IMG/VR virus record: IMGVR_UViG_3300033571_009591
Coordinates: 1 to 64,000 of that record
Source: a virus
Strand: one strand, 5' to 3'
Length of the DNA stretch: 64,000 bases
Positions 18,933 to 28,953 of the stretch are shown in pieces. The notes under the pieces were generated by a model. That model was not told the origin of the DNA, ran no database searches, and worked only from the letters and a program-made list of their open reading frames with translations. Position numbers and translations under genes: made by a program. Each line of letters starts with the position of its first letter. Within the stretch, counting starts at the first letter, position 1.

Positions 18933-19401
18933 CTTCAACGAAGAGTCTATAAAGAACTTAGCCAAAACTGGAATTTCTTTAGAGGAGATTCAAAAGATTT
19001 CTGAGATTCTTAAAACTACAAGAACTAAAGATAATCGAGTTTGTGTTTGTGGCCATACCATGTCTAAACACAATCGGGCTGAGAATGGGATTATTACCTG
19101 TCGTCCTTCTGCTCTTTCCTGTAGCTGTAAGAGAATGCATCCTGTCCTAAAGTCAGACAATATCCGTCCATTTATGAGGAAGACTTCAGGACACAGAATG
19201 GAGCATGCCTTGATGTTGGGTATTGCCAAGTGTATTGAGATCGGGGCAACCTTTGAATGGTTGGAAGATCCACTATCTTGTGAGAGATGTAAGAAGGAGA
19301 CAACTGTGTTTCCAGTCTGCCTAACAAGTCAAGGTTTTAAAGCACCTGACTCAATGGGCTATGACTACTTACTATGTAATGATTGCTTTGGAGAAGTCTA
19401 A
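18925..19401 (+). CDS. Cys-rich zinc-binding protein
   Basis: CVCGH...C...CSC, CERC, CNDC. Confidence 0.7.
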   Translation: MSDFNEESIKNLAKTGISLEEIQKISEILKTTRTKDNRVCVCGHTMSKHNRAENGIITCRPSALSCSCKRMHPVLKSDNIRPFMRKTSGHRMEHALMLGIAKCIEIGATFEWLEDPLSCERCKKETTVFPVCLTSQGFKAPDSMGYDYLLCNDCFGEV

Positions 19402-19724
19402 TGAATAAAGATGTTCGCTCTATAATAGTTTCATACCTTGAAGGAATGATGATGGATGGCTCTATTAAACCCGAGGCTGTTCCACCTTTGACAAGATTCT
19501 TAGATGAAGTAACTAGCGGAATTAATGAAGAACTTATTGAAGAGTTAGTTAAAAAGATTAAAGACTGGGAAGACACAATGGGTGAAGATGACAGATCTCT
19601 CTACACCTTAGGGATTCGACAAGCTGTTGATGTTCTTCGTGGCGATTCACCTGCCCATGCTAAGGAATACAAACCTCTAGATGAAGAAGACTTCCGACCT
19701 AAAGAAGAAACAAAAGACTTCTAA
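19401..19724 (+). CDS. Hypothetical protein
   Basis: TAATG coupling with the upstream gene. Confidence 0.65.
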   Translation: MNKDVRSIIVSYLEGMMMDGSIKPEAVPPLTRFLDEVTSGINEELIEELVKKIKDWEDTMGEDDRSLYTLGIRQAVDVLRGDSPAHAKEYKPLDEEDFRPKEETKDF

Positions 19725-19958
19725 CTATCATAGTTTTATAGGATTGCAAAAGCAGTTTCATTATTACTTTTTTTAAAATTTTATTGTATCTCTGATTAGA
19801 GATTAAACCCTTATTTCACGCTGGTTTCATTGTTACAGGCCACCTTGTTGTTTATAAAAGGTGCGCGAAATTCAGACCGTATTCAAAAATTCGTCGCCAT
19901 CATATAGCTCTATATTTGGTACCAGTAGACATCCCTTCCAAGTCTACCAAGGAGACCA

Positions 19959-20246
19959 ATGAATAAAGCAATGATTGAGTCCTACCTACGAAACCTTCTA
20001 GGTCAAGTAGTTGGGTCAGCGGTTGTCGTATCGCAGGCAACGGGTGTTAGCCTCGCAGATTTCGGCCAGAGCGAATACCTTCTAGTAGCCAACGCACTCT
20101 GGGCATCTCTTGTTCCAGTAGTGATCCGCTACGCAAAGAAGTCAGACCCAGCCTTCGGCCTAGTCGCTGAGGTTGCTGTAGCACAAGTGACAAAGAAAGT
20201 CAACACGGCTACAAAGAAGCCAGCGGCAAAAAAGAAGACCAAGTAA
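19959..20246 (+). CDS. Holin-like membrane protein
   Basis: AAGGAG RBS; hydrophobic helices, DPAFG, Lys-rich tail. Confidence 0.6.
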   Translation: MNKAMIESYLRNLLGQVVGSAVVVSQATGVSLADFGQSEYLLVANALWASLVPVVIRYAKKSDPAFGLVAEVAVAQVTKKVNTATKKPAAKKKTK

Positions 20247-20340
20247 CAACAACTTTGGTAAGTCCCCGTCCCAGGTAAAACATATCCAAAATATATCTCT
20301 GGGGCGGGGCTTATCATTCGAAGGGTAGCAAAAAGTAAAA

Positions 20341-21249
20341 ATGTCTGAAACGGTTCCATACGGCGGCAAGGAAGAGGAAGACCCAAGTCTTTCCCTACCT
20401 GACATTTCCATCCCCTATGACTTGCGGCCAGACCTTTCCGACCTCGGAATGATTGAGCATGAGCGCGGCGTCTGTGAAGATACCTACGAAAACCGCGCCG
20501 CTCTCAGAAGAGCACATTTAAATTGGGACCCCGTCTATGATCAGATGGGTGCGCCAACGGGCTTGATAGTGGCACGGTCAGAAGAAGCGATGAAAGAACG
20601 GCGAGTGATGTCGTTGGCGGAAAAGCGTCCGCTTCTCCTGGACCCAACTAGCAACAACTCAGATTATTTAACGGGCCTCGACCTGATGCTTGAAGATTCA
20701 GCGGTGAAGGTAACGCCACCTTGGGTTATCGGCGCGACTAAGGCTTGGCTTGAGGAACAGCGTAACGGCGGCCCGAAGAGTCCACGGCGTGCCCCTGCTA
20801 GTCTACCACACCGTTGTCGAATTGTCAAGACGGACGGTATCCGCTGCATGCTCTGGACATCGGGACGGGTTAAAGATGACGGCTTGTGCCGCGTCCATCT
20901 ACGAACAACTAGACGGCCTGGAGCTGACATCGAGCGAGCGCGAGCGAAGCTGGTTCAGTCCGCCCCATACGCGGTTGATGTTTTGGAAGACATTATGGAG
21001 AACGGCCAGAGCGAACCCGCTCGCCTCAAAGCCGCTACAGAAATCCTTGACCGTGCTGGTGTGAGAGGCGGCGTGGAGATGGACATAGGTGTTGATGTCC
21101 AAGTTCGCTCAGCCGCTGAGATTGTCAACGAAAGATTACAACGGCTTGCCCTAGGAGCAATTCACGCAGCGGCTAGGTTGCCAGATGCCCTAGTTGTTGA
21201 TGCCGACCCTGTAATTGAAGATTCAACTACTACCGAGGAGATAGCATGA
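20341..21249 (+). CDS. Putative terminase small subunit-like protein
   Basis: Zn-knuckle RC..KTDG.RC...LCRVH and ARLKAATEILDRAG motif seen in TerS-like phage proteins. Confidence 0.5.
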   Translation: MSETVPYGGKEEEDPSLSLPDISIPYDLRPDLSDLGMIEHERGVCEDTYENRAALRRAHLNWDPVYDQMGAPTGLIVARSEEAMKERRVMSLAEKRPLLLDPTSNNSDYLTGLDLMLEDSAVKVTPPWVIGATKAWLEEQRNGGPKSPRRAPASLPHRCRIVKTDGIRCMLWTSGRVKDDGLCRVHLRTTRRPGADIERARAKLVQSAPYAVDVLEDIMENGQSEPARLKAATEILDRAGVRGGVEMDIGVDVQVRSAAEIVNERLQRLALGAIHAAARLPDALVVDADPVIEDSTTTEEIA

Positions 21250-21416
21250 CTACGGACAACAATATCCAACTAATGACAGCGGAAGTAGAAAGACTTACCA
21301 ATGCCATCAAACTAAGCAAGAACCGTGAAGAACATATACAACTGACAACGGAAGCAAATGAAGCAGCCTCAATACTGTCAGCGCTTATAGAGCACTCTCA
21401 AATTGGAAAAGAATAA
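21246..21416 (+). CDS. Small coiled-coil protein
   Basis: GAGGAG RBS, ATGA overlap; MTTDNNIQLMTAEVERL... Confidence 0.5.
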   Translation: MTTDNNIQLMTAEVERLTNAIKLSKNREEHIQLTTEANEAASILSALIEHSQIGKE

Positions 21417-22298
21417 AACAAACGCCAAATGAAAAAAGAACTAAAGGATTGTTTCTGGTGCGGCGAGACTTATGGAGCCGACACAAAGAACTGTCCCAAC
21501 TGCGCAACAAAGACGGACAGCTGAGCTAGCGGCCAGAGTTCCTGAGTTGTTTCTAGTTGAACGGGCATCACAGCTTTCTGCAGTAGATTATTGTTCATAA
21601 TGTATTACGGTTAGTACAACCTTAGAATTAACCCTATACACAACGGCCTGCCTAATGGACGCCTGATTTGCATCAACGGCCTGACGGATGTACTCTGCGA
21701 TTCTTGCTAGATGACGGTCAACATAGAGGTTTCTGGGTTAATGATTTTCCCTTGTGATCTATGAAGGACGGTCATCACGGAGTTCTAGGTCGGAACCGCC
21801 ACTTTCTCTCCTAGTCGTACCTGCCGTCATCTAGCTCCTTTTAAAATTAACGGCGTGCCCAGAGCTCAGCGGCCCGCCCACATCCAAACAACTTCTTGAA
21901 GCCGACAGCGATCCACTGGAGGTGGGACGCCAGGTATCACTTCCAAACAACTTCTTTTAAAACGGTAGCTACCGCAGCTGATTTAGCAAAAAGTAAAAAC
22001 GGCTTGCAGCTGTAAGCGGCCCGCCAGGAACCGCGAGTTGTTTGTAGTTTCATATGGCGGCCAGACAAACCTCCGCCTACACCTCCTCCACCTCCACCTG
22101 CAACAAAAAATTTAACGGCGTGCTAGACTCCGCTTTGCGACTTCAGTCGCAAAGTGAACTACAGACAACTTAACAACTTTGGATAGCGGCCTGGTAGCTG
22201 CACGGTTGCAAAAAGTAAAAGCGGCCTGGTAGAAGCGCCCGATATATAACGGTGTGTCTTCGTTGACAGTAAGCCAACGGTGCCTTAAAGTAGTGGGC

Positions 22299-22517
22299 AT
22301 GCTAGTGGAGTTGTATGTACTCAGCCGTGTAGTCAAAGCCAGGAAAGCGCGACAAGCATTAGCGGATGCTGAAGAGTACGAAGACGATGACGGATATCGC
22401 TATCCTGCCTACTTCCACTGTCGACGGTGTAAGAACCAGATGGACAAGATGCGCATCGAAGAACAACTTCAGGGATGGAAGAGGACTGGTGACGGTGGAG
22501 AAGAAATTCTCGATTGA
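22299..22517 (+). CDS. Small zinc-ribbon protein
   Basis: TTGACA...TAAAGT promoter just upstream; CRRC. Confidence 0.5.
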   Translation: MLVELYVLSRVVKARKARQALADAEEYEDDDGYRYPAYFHCRRCKNQMDKMRIEEQLQGWKRTGDGGEEILD

Positions 22518-22692
22518 TGCAAGAGGAGTCCCATCGCCGGTCTGCCCCAATTGCGGATGCATGCTCTTAAGAATTACAGTTCAGTTCGAATTAGATAATT
22601 ATGAAATTTCTGGATACCTATTAGATGACGCTGAGTGTTCGTCATGCGGATGCCTCATTACCGCCCCCACTCCCATCGACCACATTAGTTAG
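22489..22692 (+). CDS. Zinc-ribbon protein
   Basis: IDARGVPSPVCPNCG...CSSCG..ITAPTP (start approximate). Confidence 0.65.
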   Translation: MTVEKKFSIDARGVPSPVCPNCGCMLLRITVQFELDNYEISGYLLDDAECSSCGCLITAPTPIDHIS

Positions 22693-22977
22693 TTAACTTG
22701 ACAACACGTCAATGGTGTACTAGTATGTATACATACCAATAGGACTAGAAGGGGATCAGATGAATTACAAGGGAGTAGAGGTAAAGACTTTTATCTCATG
22801 CTACGAATGCCGAGAAGTTATTAGTAACTCCAAAAATGAAAAGGAAGTTACTTATCCTGACGGTTACCTTTACGCGGTTTGCGTAAAGTGCGCAGACTCT
22901 TTAAGTACACATCTGGATTTGACACTACCAAAAAAATAGTTATACTTGGAATACACACTCAAGCAAAGGGGATATAA

Positions 22978-23157
22978 ATGAATACAACTACTCAAGTAAC
23001 AGCATTACCTCAGTGCGATATCTGCACGGGACAAACTGCTAAGTACGATGCAATGACATCTAGAGGTCCATGGGCCTACATGTGTCAAGAATGTTTTGGG
23101 GACTACGGCGTGGGCCTTGGTCTTGGAAGAGGACAGGAGTTATTACTATGCAAGTAA
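22978..23157 (+). CDS. Small zinc-binding actinophage protein
   Basis: Manual translation: CDIC...YDAMTSRGPWAYMCQEC...GLGLGRGQ; promoter plus RBS. Confidence 0.7.
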   Translation: MNTTTQVTALPQCDICTGQTAKYDAMTSRGPWAYMCQECFGDYGVGLGLGRGQELLLCK

Positions 23158-23396
23158 AAGATTTGATTAACGCACTTACAGAGTACTACAAACCAACTGA
23201 TGAACTTGTAGTACTTTTCTACAGCAAAGATGAATTCGCTTTTGATGATGATGAGGAACTGGTCCTCACTGATGAAGGCTGGAACGAGATTGTAAAAGTC
23301 ATGCACGAAAAGGGTGGCTTGGATTCTCCCGACCAATACATTACAGATTACATTAGGGACTTAGCAGGCGAGCACGGCGAGGAACGGGGAGAGTAA
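23148..23396 (+). CDS. Hypothetical early protein (paralog of 32476-32706)
   Basis: MQVKDLINALTEYYKPTDELVV vs MKVRELVSQLQLNYLPDDEIIV. Confidence 0.65.
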   Translation: MQVKDLINALTEYYKPTDELVVLFYSKDEFAFDDDEELVLTDEGWNEIVKVMHEKGGLDSPDQYITDYIRDLAGEHGEERGE

Positions 23397-23602
23397 TGAA
23401 AGTTAAAATTAGTCTTGAACAGATCATAGATATAGATGATGCCATGTCTAACGATATAGGGTTTGAAATGTACGGCCCTAAAGATATGAGCACTGAAGAT
23501 AAAGTGGATTATCTAATGGCTCGCTTTGCTGAAGATATAGACACTATGGTTAAGTACGATGAAGTGTTAGGCAACATCTCTATAGAATATATAGAGGATT
23601 AA
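23396..23602 (+). CDS. Acidic hypothetical protein
   Basis: TAATG coupling. Confidence 0.6.
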   Translation: MKVKISLEQIIDIDDAMSNDIGFEMYGPKDMSTEDKVDYLMARFAEDIDTMVKYDEVLGNISIEYIED

Positions 23603-24419
23603 ATGTTGACCTGTAACTGGTGCGGTGACGAGATGAAGGCAGGCGTGTACGAGATACACAGATGCCTACAAGACGGTGAAGCCGAAACGGCTAGCGCTGA
23701 GTAAGTAAAAGATTCGTACACCAATTCCATTGTGGGTTACTGGTAGACGAAGTACGGCAAGACGGCGTGTCCATAACGGGCACGCTTTTTTGTTGCCCGA
23801 AAACTGAAGTCGCCCTATAACCTGGAACGGGCAAGCGAAGTTGTTTGTAGTTATGCAGTGATCGGATGCATTTAGCAAAAAGTAAAAAACGGCCTGGATA
23901 CCTGGATGCTGTCGAACAACGTTGAGTTGTTTGTAGTTGTGAAACGGATCTTAGCTGGACTGAACGAAACGGCAAGGTTGAGTGGCCTCGACTCAACTTG
24001 ACTGACGGCATGCCTTAGTGCTAGTATGTACCCATGAACAAGAAAGACGCACTCAACGGACTCCTTCGCATGAAGGGACGCTTTGTGCTGAACCAAAGTC
24101 CGAAGGTCTTTGCGGACAAGAGGACAAAGCGAAACCGCACGCGCTCTGACAAGAAGCGCCGTGCCCTAGATGAACAGGAATAGGAAAAAGTAAAAATGTC
24201 ACACACATACTTTGCCGTTGACGGGTCTTACGGAAACGGAGTAGACATCCTCGTTGTTGATACTTCGAGTTGGACGGAAGCGGATTGGGACGCGGTTGAT
24301 GAAGCCAGCGACTCTGAAAGAATTGAAGTTGCTCGTAACTTGACAATCAAGAAATAAAATGAGATACTTGGTTGTTGAACAGTTATTAAACAAAACTAGG
24401 GGAATAGGAAAAAGTAAAA

Positions 24420-24683
24420 ATGGAAAAATACCAAATAATCGAAGAACGCTGGAACGCTGGGTACTACGCTCAACTTGAAGGCGCAACAATCCTAAAGTTT
24501 TTAGGAACTGAACCTGAGTTTGCGAGTCGAGGATTTCCAAGATTTTCCGCAAAACTAAAAAATGGTGAAGTAGTCGAACTTGTTTTATCTCAAGATGAAG
24601 AAGGTAATGGTGGGGGATTTATGTTCGGTCTTCCTGACTACACACTTCCCGAGTTTCGTACTGACTTGACAGAATCAAAATAA
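24420..24683 (+). CDS. Hypothetical early protein
   Basis: Promoter at 24340; SQDEEGNGGGF motif. Confidence 0.7.
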   Translation: MEKYQIIEERWNAGYYAQLEGATILKFLGTEPEFASRGFPRFSAKLKNGEVVELVLSQDEEGNGGGFMFGLPDYTLPEFRTDLTESK

Positions 24684-24724
24684 AATGCGATAATTCGCTA
24701 ACAACAACAAAAGGGGGAAAACAA

Positions 24725-24913
24725 ATGGTAGTAATTGGATATAACGTTAAGTTCTTAAATTGGATGTCATTACACAACAGTTACAATTTTGTAAGTCTTG
24801 AAGTCGCAACAGAGTTCTGTAAGAAATACGAGCGATTCGGCTATACATCAGAGATCAACACAATTTGGGCGCAAGAATCTGTAAGCCCTTCAGTCGAAAT
24901 TTCGGTGGCATAA
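24725..24913 (+). CDS. Hypothetical early protein
   Basis: Promoter at 24666 plus RBS. Confidence 0.6.
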   Translation: MVVIGYNVKFLNWMSLHNSYNFVSLEVATEFCKKYERFGYTSEINTIWAQESVSPSVEISVA

Positions 24914-25167
24914 TGACTACAAAAGCAAAGTGCTTGGCATTAGCCGAACAACACGGCATTGAGATTGAAGTAAGCAAAAACTATGATTATGAGTATAGCC
25001 TCTCAGTACCGAAGGGTTATCAACTCGAGGATTTTGATGGTGCCAGAAGTGGACTTTCAATGTGCGACATACCATCAGCCAAAGAACTCTGGAAAGATAT
25101 TTACTCTGACTTAAACACAATGATTAACTATAAGCCTTGGCATAAAGTTTCACAAGGTTGGGAGTAA
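24913..25167 (+). CDS. Hypothetical protein
   Basis: TAATG coupling. Confidence 0.6.
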   Translation: MTTKAKCLALAEQHGIEIEVSKNYDYEYSLSVPKGYQLEDFDGARSGLSMCDIPSAKELWKDIYSDLNTMINYKPWHKVSQGWE

Positions 25168-25172
25168 TCATC

Positions 25173-25535
25173 ATGATTACAACAATAATCGCAGGAACTT
25201 TTCTTGGGGATTGGCAACCAGCCTCGGAAGATTGGTTTGCTAGTGCTGAACAAGGAACAGAGGACGCTAGTTGGATTGACCTAATCAACAAACTCTATGA
25301 TGCTCCACAAATAAAAAGTGGAAAAGGATTTAGAGTAAAAGTTGAACTTACTGAAAACGAGGCTGAACTTCTCAAAGGAGAGGCAAAGTATCGTATGGAG
25401 TATTGGTCTTTGATGTATCAAGATTGTAAAGCAGATATAGATAGGAACGCCCACACCTGCGCCAAAAAACTTTACCTAAGTTTAGGTGGGGTTGTTACAG
25501 AAAAAATGTCTAGACAAATGGGCATTAAAGTTTGA
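25173..25535 (+). CDS. Hypothetical protein
   Basis: GGGAG RBS. Confidence 0.6.
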   Translation: MITTIIAGTFLGDWQPASEDWFASAEQGTEDASWIDLINKLYDAPQIKSGKGFRVKVELTENEAELLKGEAKYRMEYWSLMYQDCKADIDRNAHTCAKKLYLSLGGVVTEKMSRQMGIKV

Positions 25536-25730
25536 TTTGACAGAAACAAAATAAAGTTTTATACTTGGAGCTAACAAACTAAAAAGGGGAAATAAATGAT
25601 TACAGTTACAAGCCATCAGTTAAAGATCTGTATCGAAGCCTTGAAAATGGCAGAGGCTACAGAAAAAAATGACTCGAAGTTTGGGTCAGTTCTTGACGAC
25701 CTACTACTCAAGACAGGAGAGTGATAACAA

Positions 25731-26399
25731 ATGCCAAACTGGGTTTTTAACGACCTTCACATTGAGGGAAGCAAAGAGGCTATACAAAAAGTAAAAGCGC
25801 AACTCAATGCGCCATACACTAGGAACACCACAGAGGGAGAAGAAGTTATTTACAGTAATCCTGTAATCTCTTTCTTAAACATAGTTCGACCACCCGAAGA
25901 CAAGATGGACGAATACGAAGGCGTACATGGTTACAAAGATGGCGAGAAGCAAGGGCAAGGCGAGTTCAACTGGTACAACTTTAATAATCGCGAGTGGGGA
26001 ACAAAGTGGGATGTCGCAGTTCATGATGGCGAGAAGCACTCAGACACTCAACTCAACCAAGAAGAAGAAACCAAACTTCACTACTACTTCCAAACTGCGT
26101 GGTCACCACCACTTCCAGTAATCGAAGCCCTCTCACTTCAGCACCCTGAACTAGAAATAACTTTGAGGTATGAAGAAGAGCAGGGCTGGGGTGGAGAAAT
26201 CTACTGGGATAAAACTGGCTCGACTATTGTCGAAGAGTGGGACATACCTGACTCTCACGCAGATTATGTTAAGAAAGATGATGTTGATGGCTGTGTCTGC
26301 TCTAGAGAAGAAGATACAGATGAGTGGTATGACGATTGCCCCGGCAAAAAAACTATCATTGAACTTCACGCCAAGCGTGATGTGGTTCAACTCAAATAA
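25731..26399 (+). CDS. DUF1281/YubB ferredoxin-like family protein
   Basis: MPNW.N, WYNFNNREWGTKWD, FQTAWSPP. Confidence 0.82.
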   Translation: MPNWVFNDLHIEGSKEAIQKVKAQLNAPYTRNTTEGEEVIYSNPVISFLNIVRPPEDKMDEYEGVHGYKDGEKQGQGEFNWYNFNNREWGTKWDVAVHDGEKHSDTQLNQEEETKLHYYFQTAWSPPLPVIEALSLQHPELEITLRYEEEQGWGGEIYWDKTGSTIVEEWDIPDSHADYVKKDDVDGCVCSREEDTDEWYDDCPGKKTIIELHAKRDVVQLK

Positions 26400-26488
26400 A
26401 AATCCTTAGCAAAAAGTAAAAATAAATGGATTTGACAATCCATAAAAAACCTTTATACTTGAACCAACACCTAAGAAAGGGGAAGCAA

Positions 26489-26716
26489 ATGGAAATGAAA
26501 TCAAAATCGTTTCTTGTTACTGTTTATTATCGAGGTAGTGATTTAGTCGCTGACACTAATCAAAGTGATTATGACTACGACCTCTCTACTAGCAAAGTAA
26601 TTCGTGACCACCTAGAGGAGATTAACGAGGACACTAGCATTGTTGATGTTGCCATTGACACTAACTATCCTCGTATTCTAGAAGTTATGGACAGACAGAT
26701 AAACGACCCTCTATAA
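26489..26716 (+). CDS. Hypothetical early protein
   Basis: Promoter at 26432 plus RBS. Confidence 0.6.
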   Translation: MEMKSKSFLVTVYYRGSDLVADTNQSDYDYDLSTSKVIRDHLEEINEDTSIVDVAIDTNYPRILEVMDRQINDPL

Positions 26717-26780
26717 AAGGATTTGACAATCTGTAAAAAAGTGCTAGACTCAGATCAACACCTACAGAAAGGGGAACAAA

Positions 26781-27146
26781 ATGGGAGACAGAGCAGTAGT
26801 TGGATTTAAGGCAAATGCTGAAAGTCCAGTTATTTATCTTTATTCACATTGGGCAGGTTCAGACATGGACTTCCTATTAGCACAGGCACTAGAAAAGGCA
26901 GAGCCTCGTTGGAGTGACTCAGACTATGCGACTCGTATAGTTATTTCACACTTGATTTCAGATGATTGGAAATCACTAACAGGCTGGGGTATCTCAGTAA
27001 ATACTTTCGCTTACCCTGACTATCAGACAATTAAGGTAGTCGAGTGGAGTGAGGGGATTGTTTCTGAACGCCTCACAGATAGCCCTGACACAGTAATTCA
27101 TACAGACACCTTCGCAGATTTCGTATCAGCGAAACAGAAAGTCTAA
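26781..27146 (+). CDS. Conserved phage hypothetical protein (MGDRA...YLYSHWAG)
   Basis: Promoter at 26723 plus RBS. Confidence 0.7.
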   Translation: MGDRAVVGFKANAESPVIYLYSHWAGSDMDFLLAQALEKAEPRWSDSDYATRIVISHLISDDWKSLTGWGISVNTFAYPDYQTIKVVEWSEGIVSERLTDSPDTVIHTDTFADFVSAKQKV

Positions 27147-27250
27147 GACACGCACGATTGAGTGGGCTAGATGGATTTGACACTAGCCACTCTATCGTGT
27201 TAAACTCAGCCCAGCAAGAACCCAAGACACAATGACAAGGAGAACACCCA

Positions 27251-27712
27251 ATGTTAGACAAAGAAAAGAAAGTTCAAGGCATAGCAGTTTATGCTGAGTT
27301 TCGTCGAGCAGGTCAAACAATGCAGTTAATTGTTACACCTGACGCATACACAACAGAAGGCAATTTAGTTCCAATGACTTTAATTCGCCGAATTGTTACC
27401 AAAGAAACACCTAAGAAACAATGGAAGAATTCAACTCTTCGTGGACTAGACCTTAATGAAATTATTTCAGAAAAAAGAACTGTATCTGACTCAGACAAAA
27501 ATGAGTTCACAGAGAAGCGCATGCGACATGCTATTCATTTCTTTGATCAAATTATTAGTCAAGGTTGGACTATCGAGCAGAAACCAATTCTCGTTGAGGT
27601 ATCACGCCACGACGCAGATGATTTAATTAAAGGCAAGACACCAAACAAAATAATCTATCGCGTTCACATTTCTCGTAAAGCCTTAGGCTTTCCTGAATTA
27701 GTGGCTGCGTAA
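27251..27712 (+). CDS. Hypothetical protein co-transcribed with the AAA ATPase
   Basis: Promoter at 27177, AAGGAG RBS. Confidence 0.7.
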   Translation: MLDKEKKVQGIAVYAEFRRAGQTMQLIVTPDAYTTEGNLVPMTLIRRIVTKETPKKQWKNSTLRGLDLNEIISEKRTVSDSDKNEFTEKRMRHAIHFFDQIISQGWTIEQKPILVEVSRHDADDLIKGKTPNKIIYRVHISRKALGFPELVAA

Positions 27713-27726
27713 GGGGGGATATAAAA

Positions 27727-28782
27727 ATGGAAAATCTTAAAGAGCGTTTCGACGCACTCACACCAAATCTAACACCAACACTATGGGATACCATTGTGGA
27801 TGTTGCCTCACAAGGAGTCAATGAAAACGCAGGGCTAATCCTTAATGGAAGTGTTCTTCCACAAGGTCGTTATGTTGAACGCGCACTTGGCGCAGACAGA
27901 GCCCCACGCAAATCTAAGATGGCTATGGCAGGTGGCATTGTGGAAAATCTCGAAGGCGAAGAGCAATACCTTCGACCAAATGGCACACCATACTTCTCTC
28001 GTTTATGGGGAGAGCATAGAGATGTAGAAACTTTGCGCAAAGCAAGAAGCGCAACTGCGATTTCTAATTCAACAGGTAAAGGCTCTGCTATGTATCCTTT
28101 ACTTTATGGCGCACCCGGTTGCGGAAAAACTGCCCTTATTGAAGCAGCGTATGGAACTAATGTTCGTACTTTGCTAGGTAATGGAGATGTTGAAGCAGCA
28201 GACATGATTGGTTCTTATGTTCAAACTCCAAGTGGAAACTTTGAGTGGGTAGATGGTGACCTAGTGAAGGCTGCGGAAAATGGCGAAGTTTATTTCATTG
28301 ACGAAATTGGTTTGATTGACCCTAAGGTTCTCGCACTCGTGTATGGACTTATGGATGGTCGTCGTGAATTAACTATCACTACAAATCCTGAGCGAGGAAC
28401 TATCAAGGCTCATCCTGATTTCTTCGTAGTAGCAGCGACAAATCCAAACGCACCCGGCGTTCGTTTATCTGAGGCGTTGCTATCTCGTTTCACACTTCAA
28501 GCAGAAATGACAACAGATTGGAATCTCGCTCGCAAATTAGGAGTACCAACAATTGTTGTAACTGCTGCTCAGAATCTTTATCGTAAGCAGATGAACAAGG
28601 AAGGCATTTCTTGGTCACCACAAATGCGCGAACTTCTAGCGTTTCGTGACATAGCAGAAACCTTTGGAACTGCGTTCGCACTTTCAAATCTAATCGCTGC
28701 TGCTCCACAGAACGACAGAGCAAGTGTGGCTGATGTTCTTTCCCGTGCCTTTGGGGAAGAGATGAAGCCAGCCAAAATCTAA
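27727..28782 (+). CDS. MoxR/CbbQ/CobS-like AAA+ ATPase
   Basis: Walker A GAPGCGKT, Walker B YFIDEI, VAATNP, LSEALLSRF. Confidence 0.92.
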   Translation: MENLKERFDALTPNLTPTLWDTIVDVASQGVNENAGLILNGSVLPQGRYVERALGADRAPRKSKMAMAGGIVENLEGEEQYLRPNGTPYFSRLWGEHRDVETLRKARSATAISNSTGKGSAMYPLLYGAPGCGKTALIEAAYGTNVRTLLGNGDVEAADMIGSYVQTPSGNFEWVDGDLVKAAENGEVYFIDEIGLIDPKVLALVYGLMDGRRELTITTNPERGTIKAHPDFFVVAATNPNAPGVRLSEALLSRFTLQAEMTTDWNLARKLGVPTIVVTAAQNLYRKQMNKEGISWSPQMRELLAFRDIAETFGTAFALSNLIAAAPQNDRASVADVLSRAFGEEMKPAKI

Positions 28783-28865
28783 GGACACCCCCGTCCTAGA
28801 TTGAGGTGAGGGGTCGAGGGTTGAGCGTGGTTCTTGGGTGTCCTACGCTCCCCTCGACACTTCCA

Positions 28866-28910
28866 AAATGGATTTGACAATAGAAAATTAAAATGAAATA
28901 ATTGCTTTAT
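28866..28910 (+). repeat. About 45-bp promoter module duplicated at 32932-32976
   Basis: AAATGGATTTGACAATAGAAAATTAAAATGAAATAATTGCTTTAT present at both sites. Confidence 0.85.
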
Positions 28911-28953
28911 TAGGTCGGAAGCCTAGTAACTAAAAAGAAAAGGGGTAAGAAAA

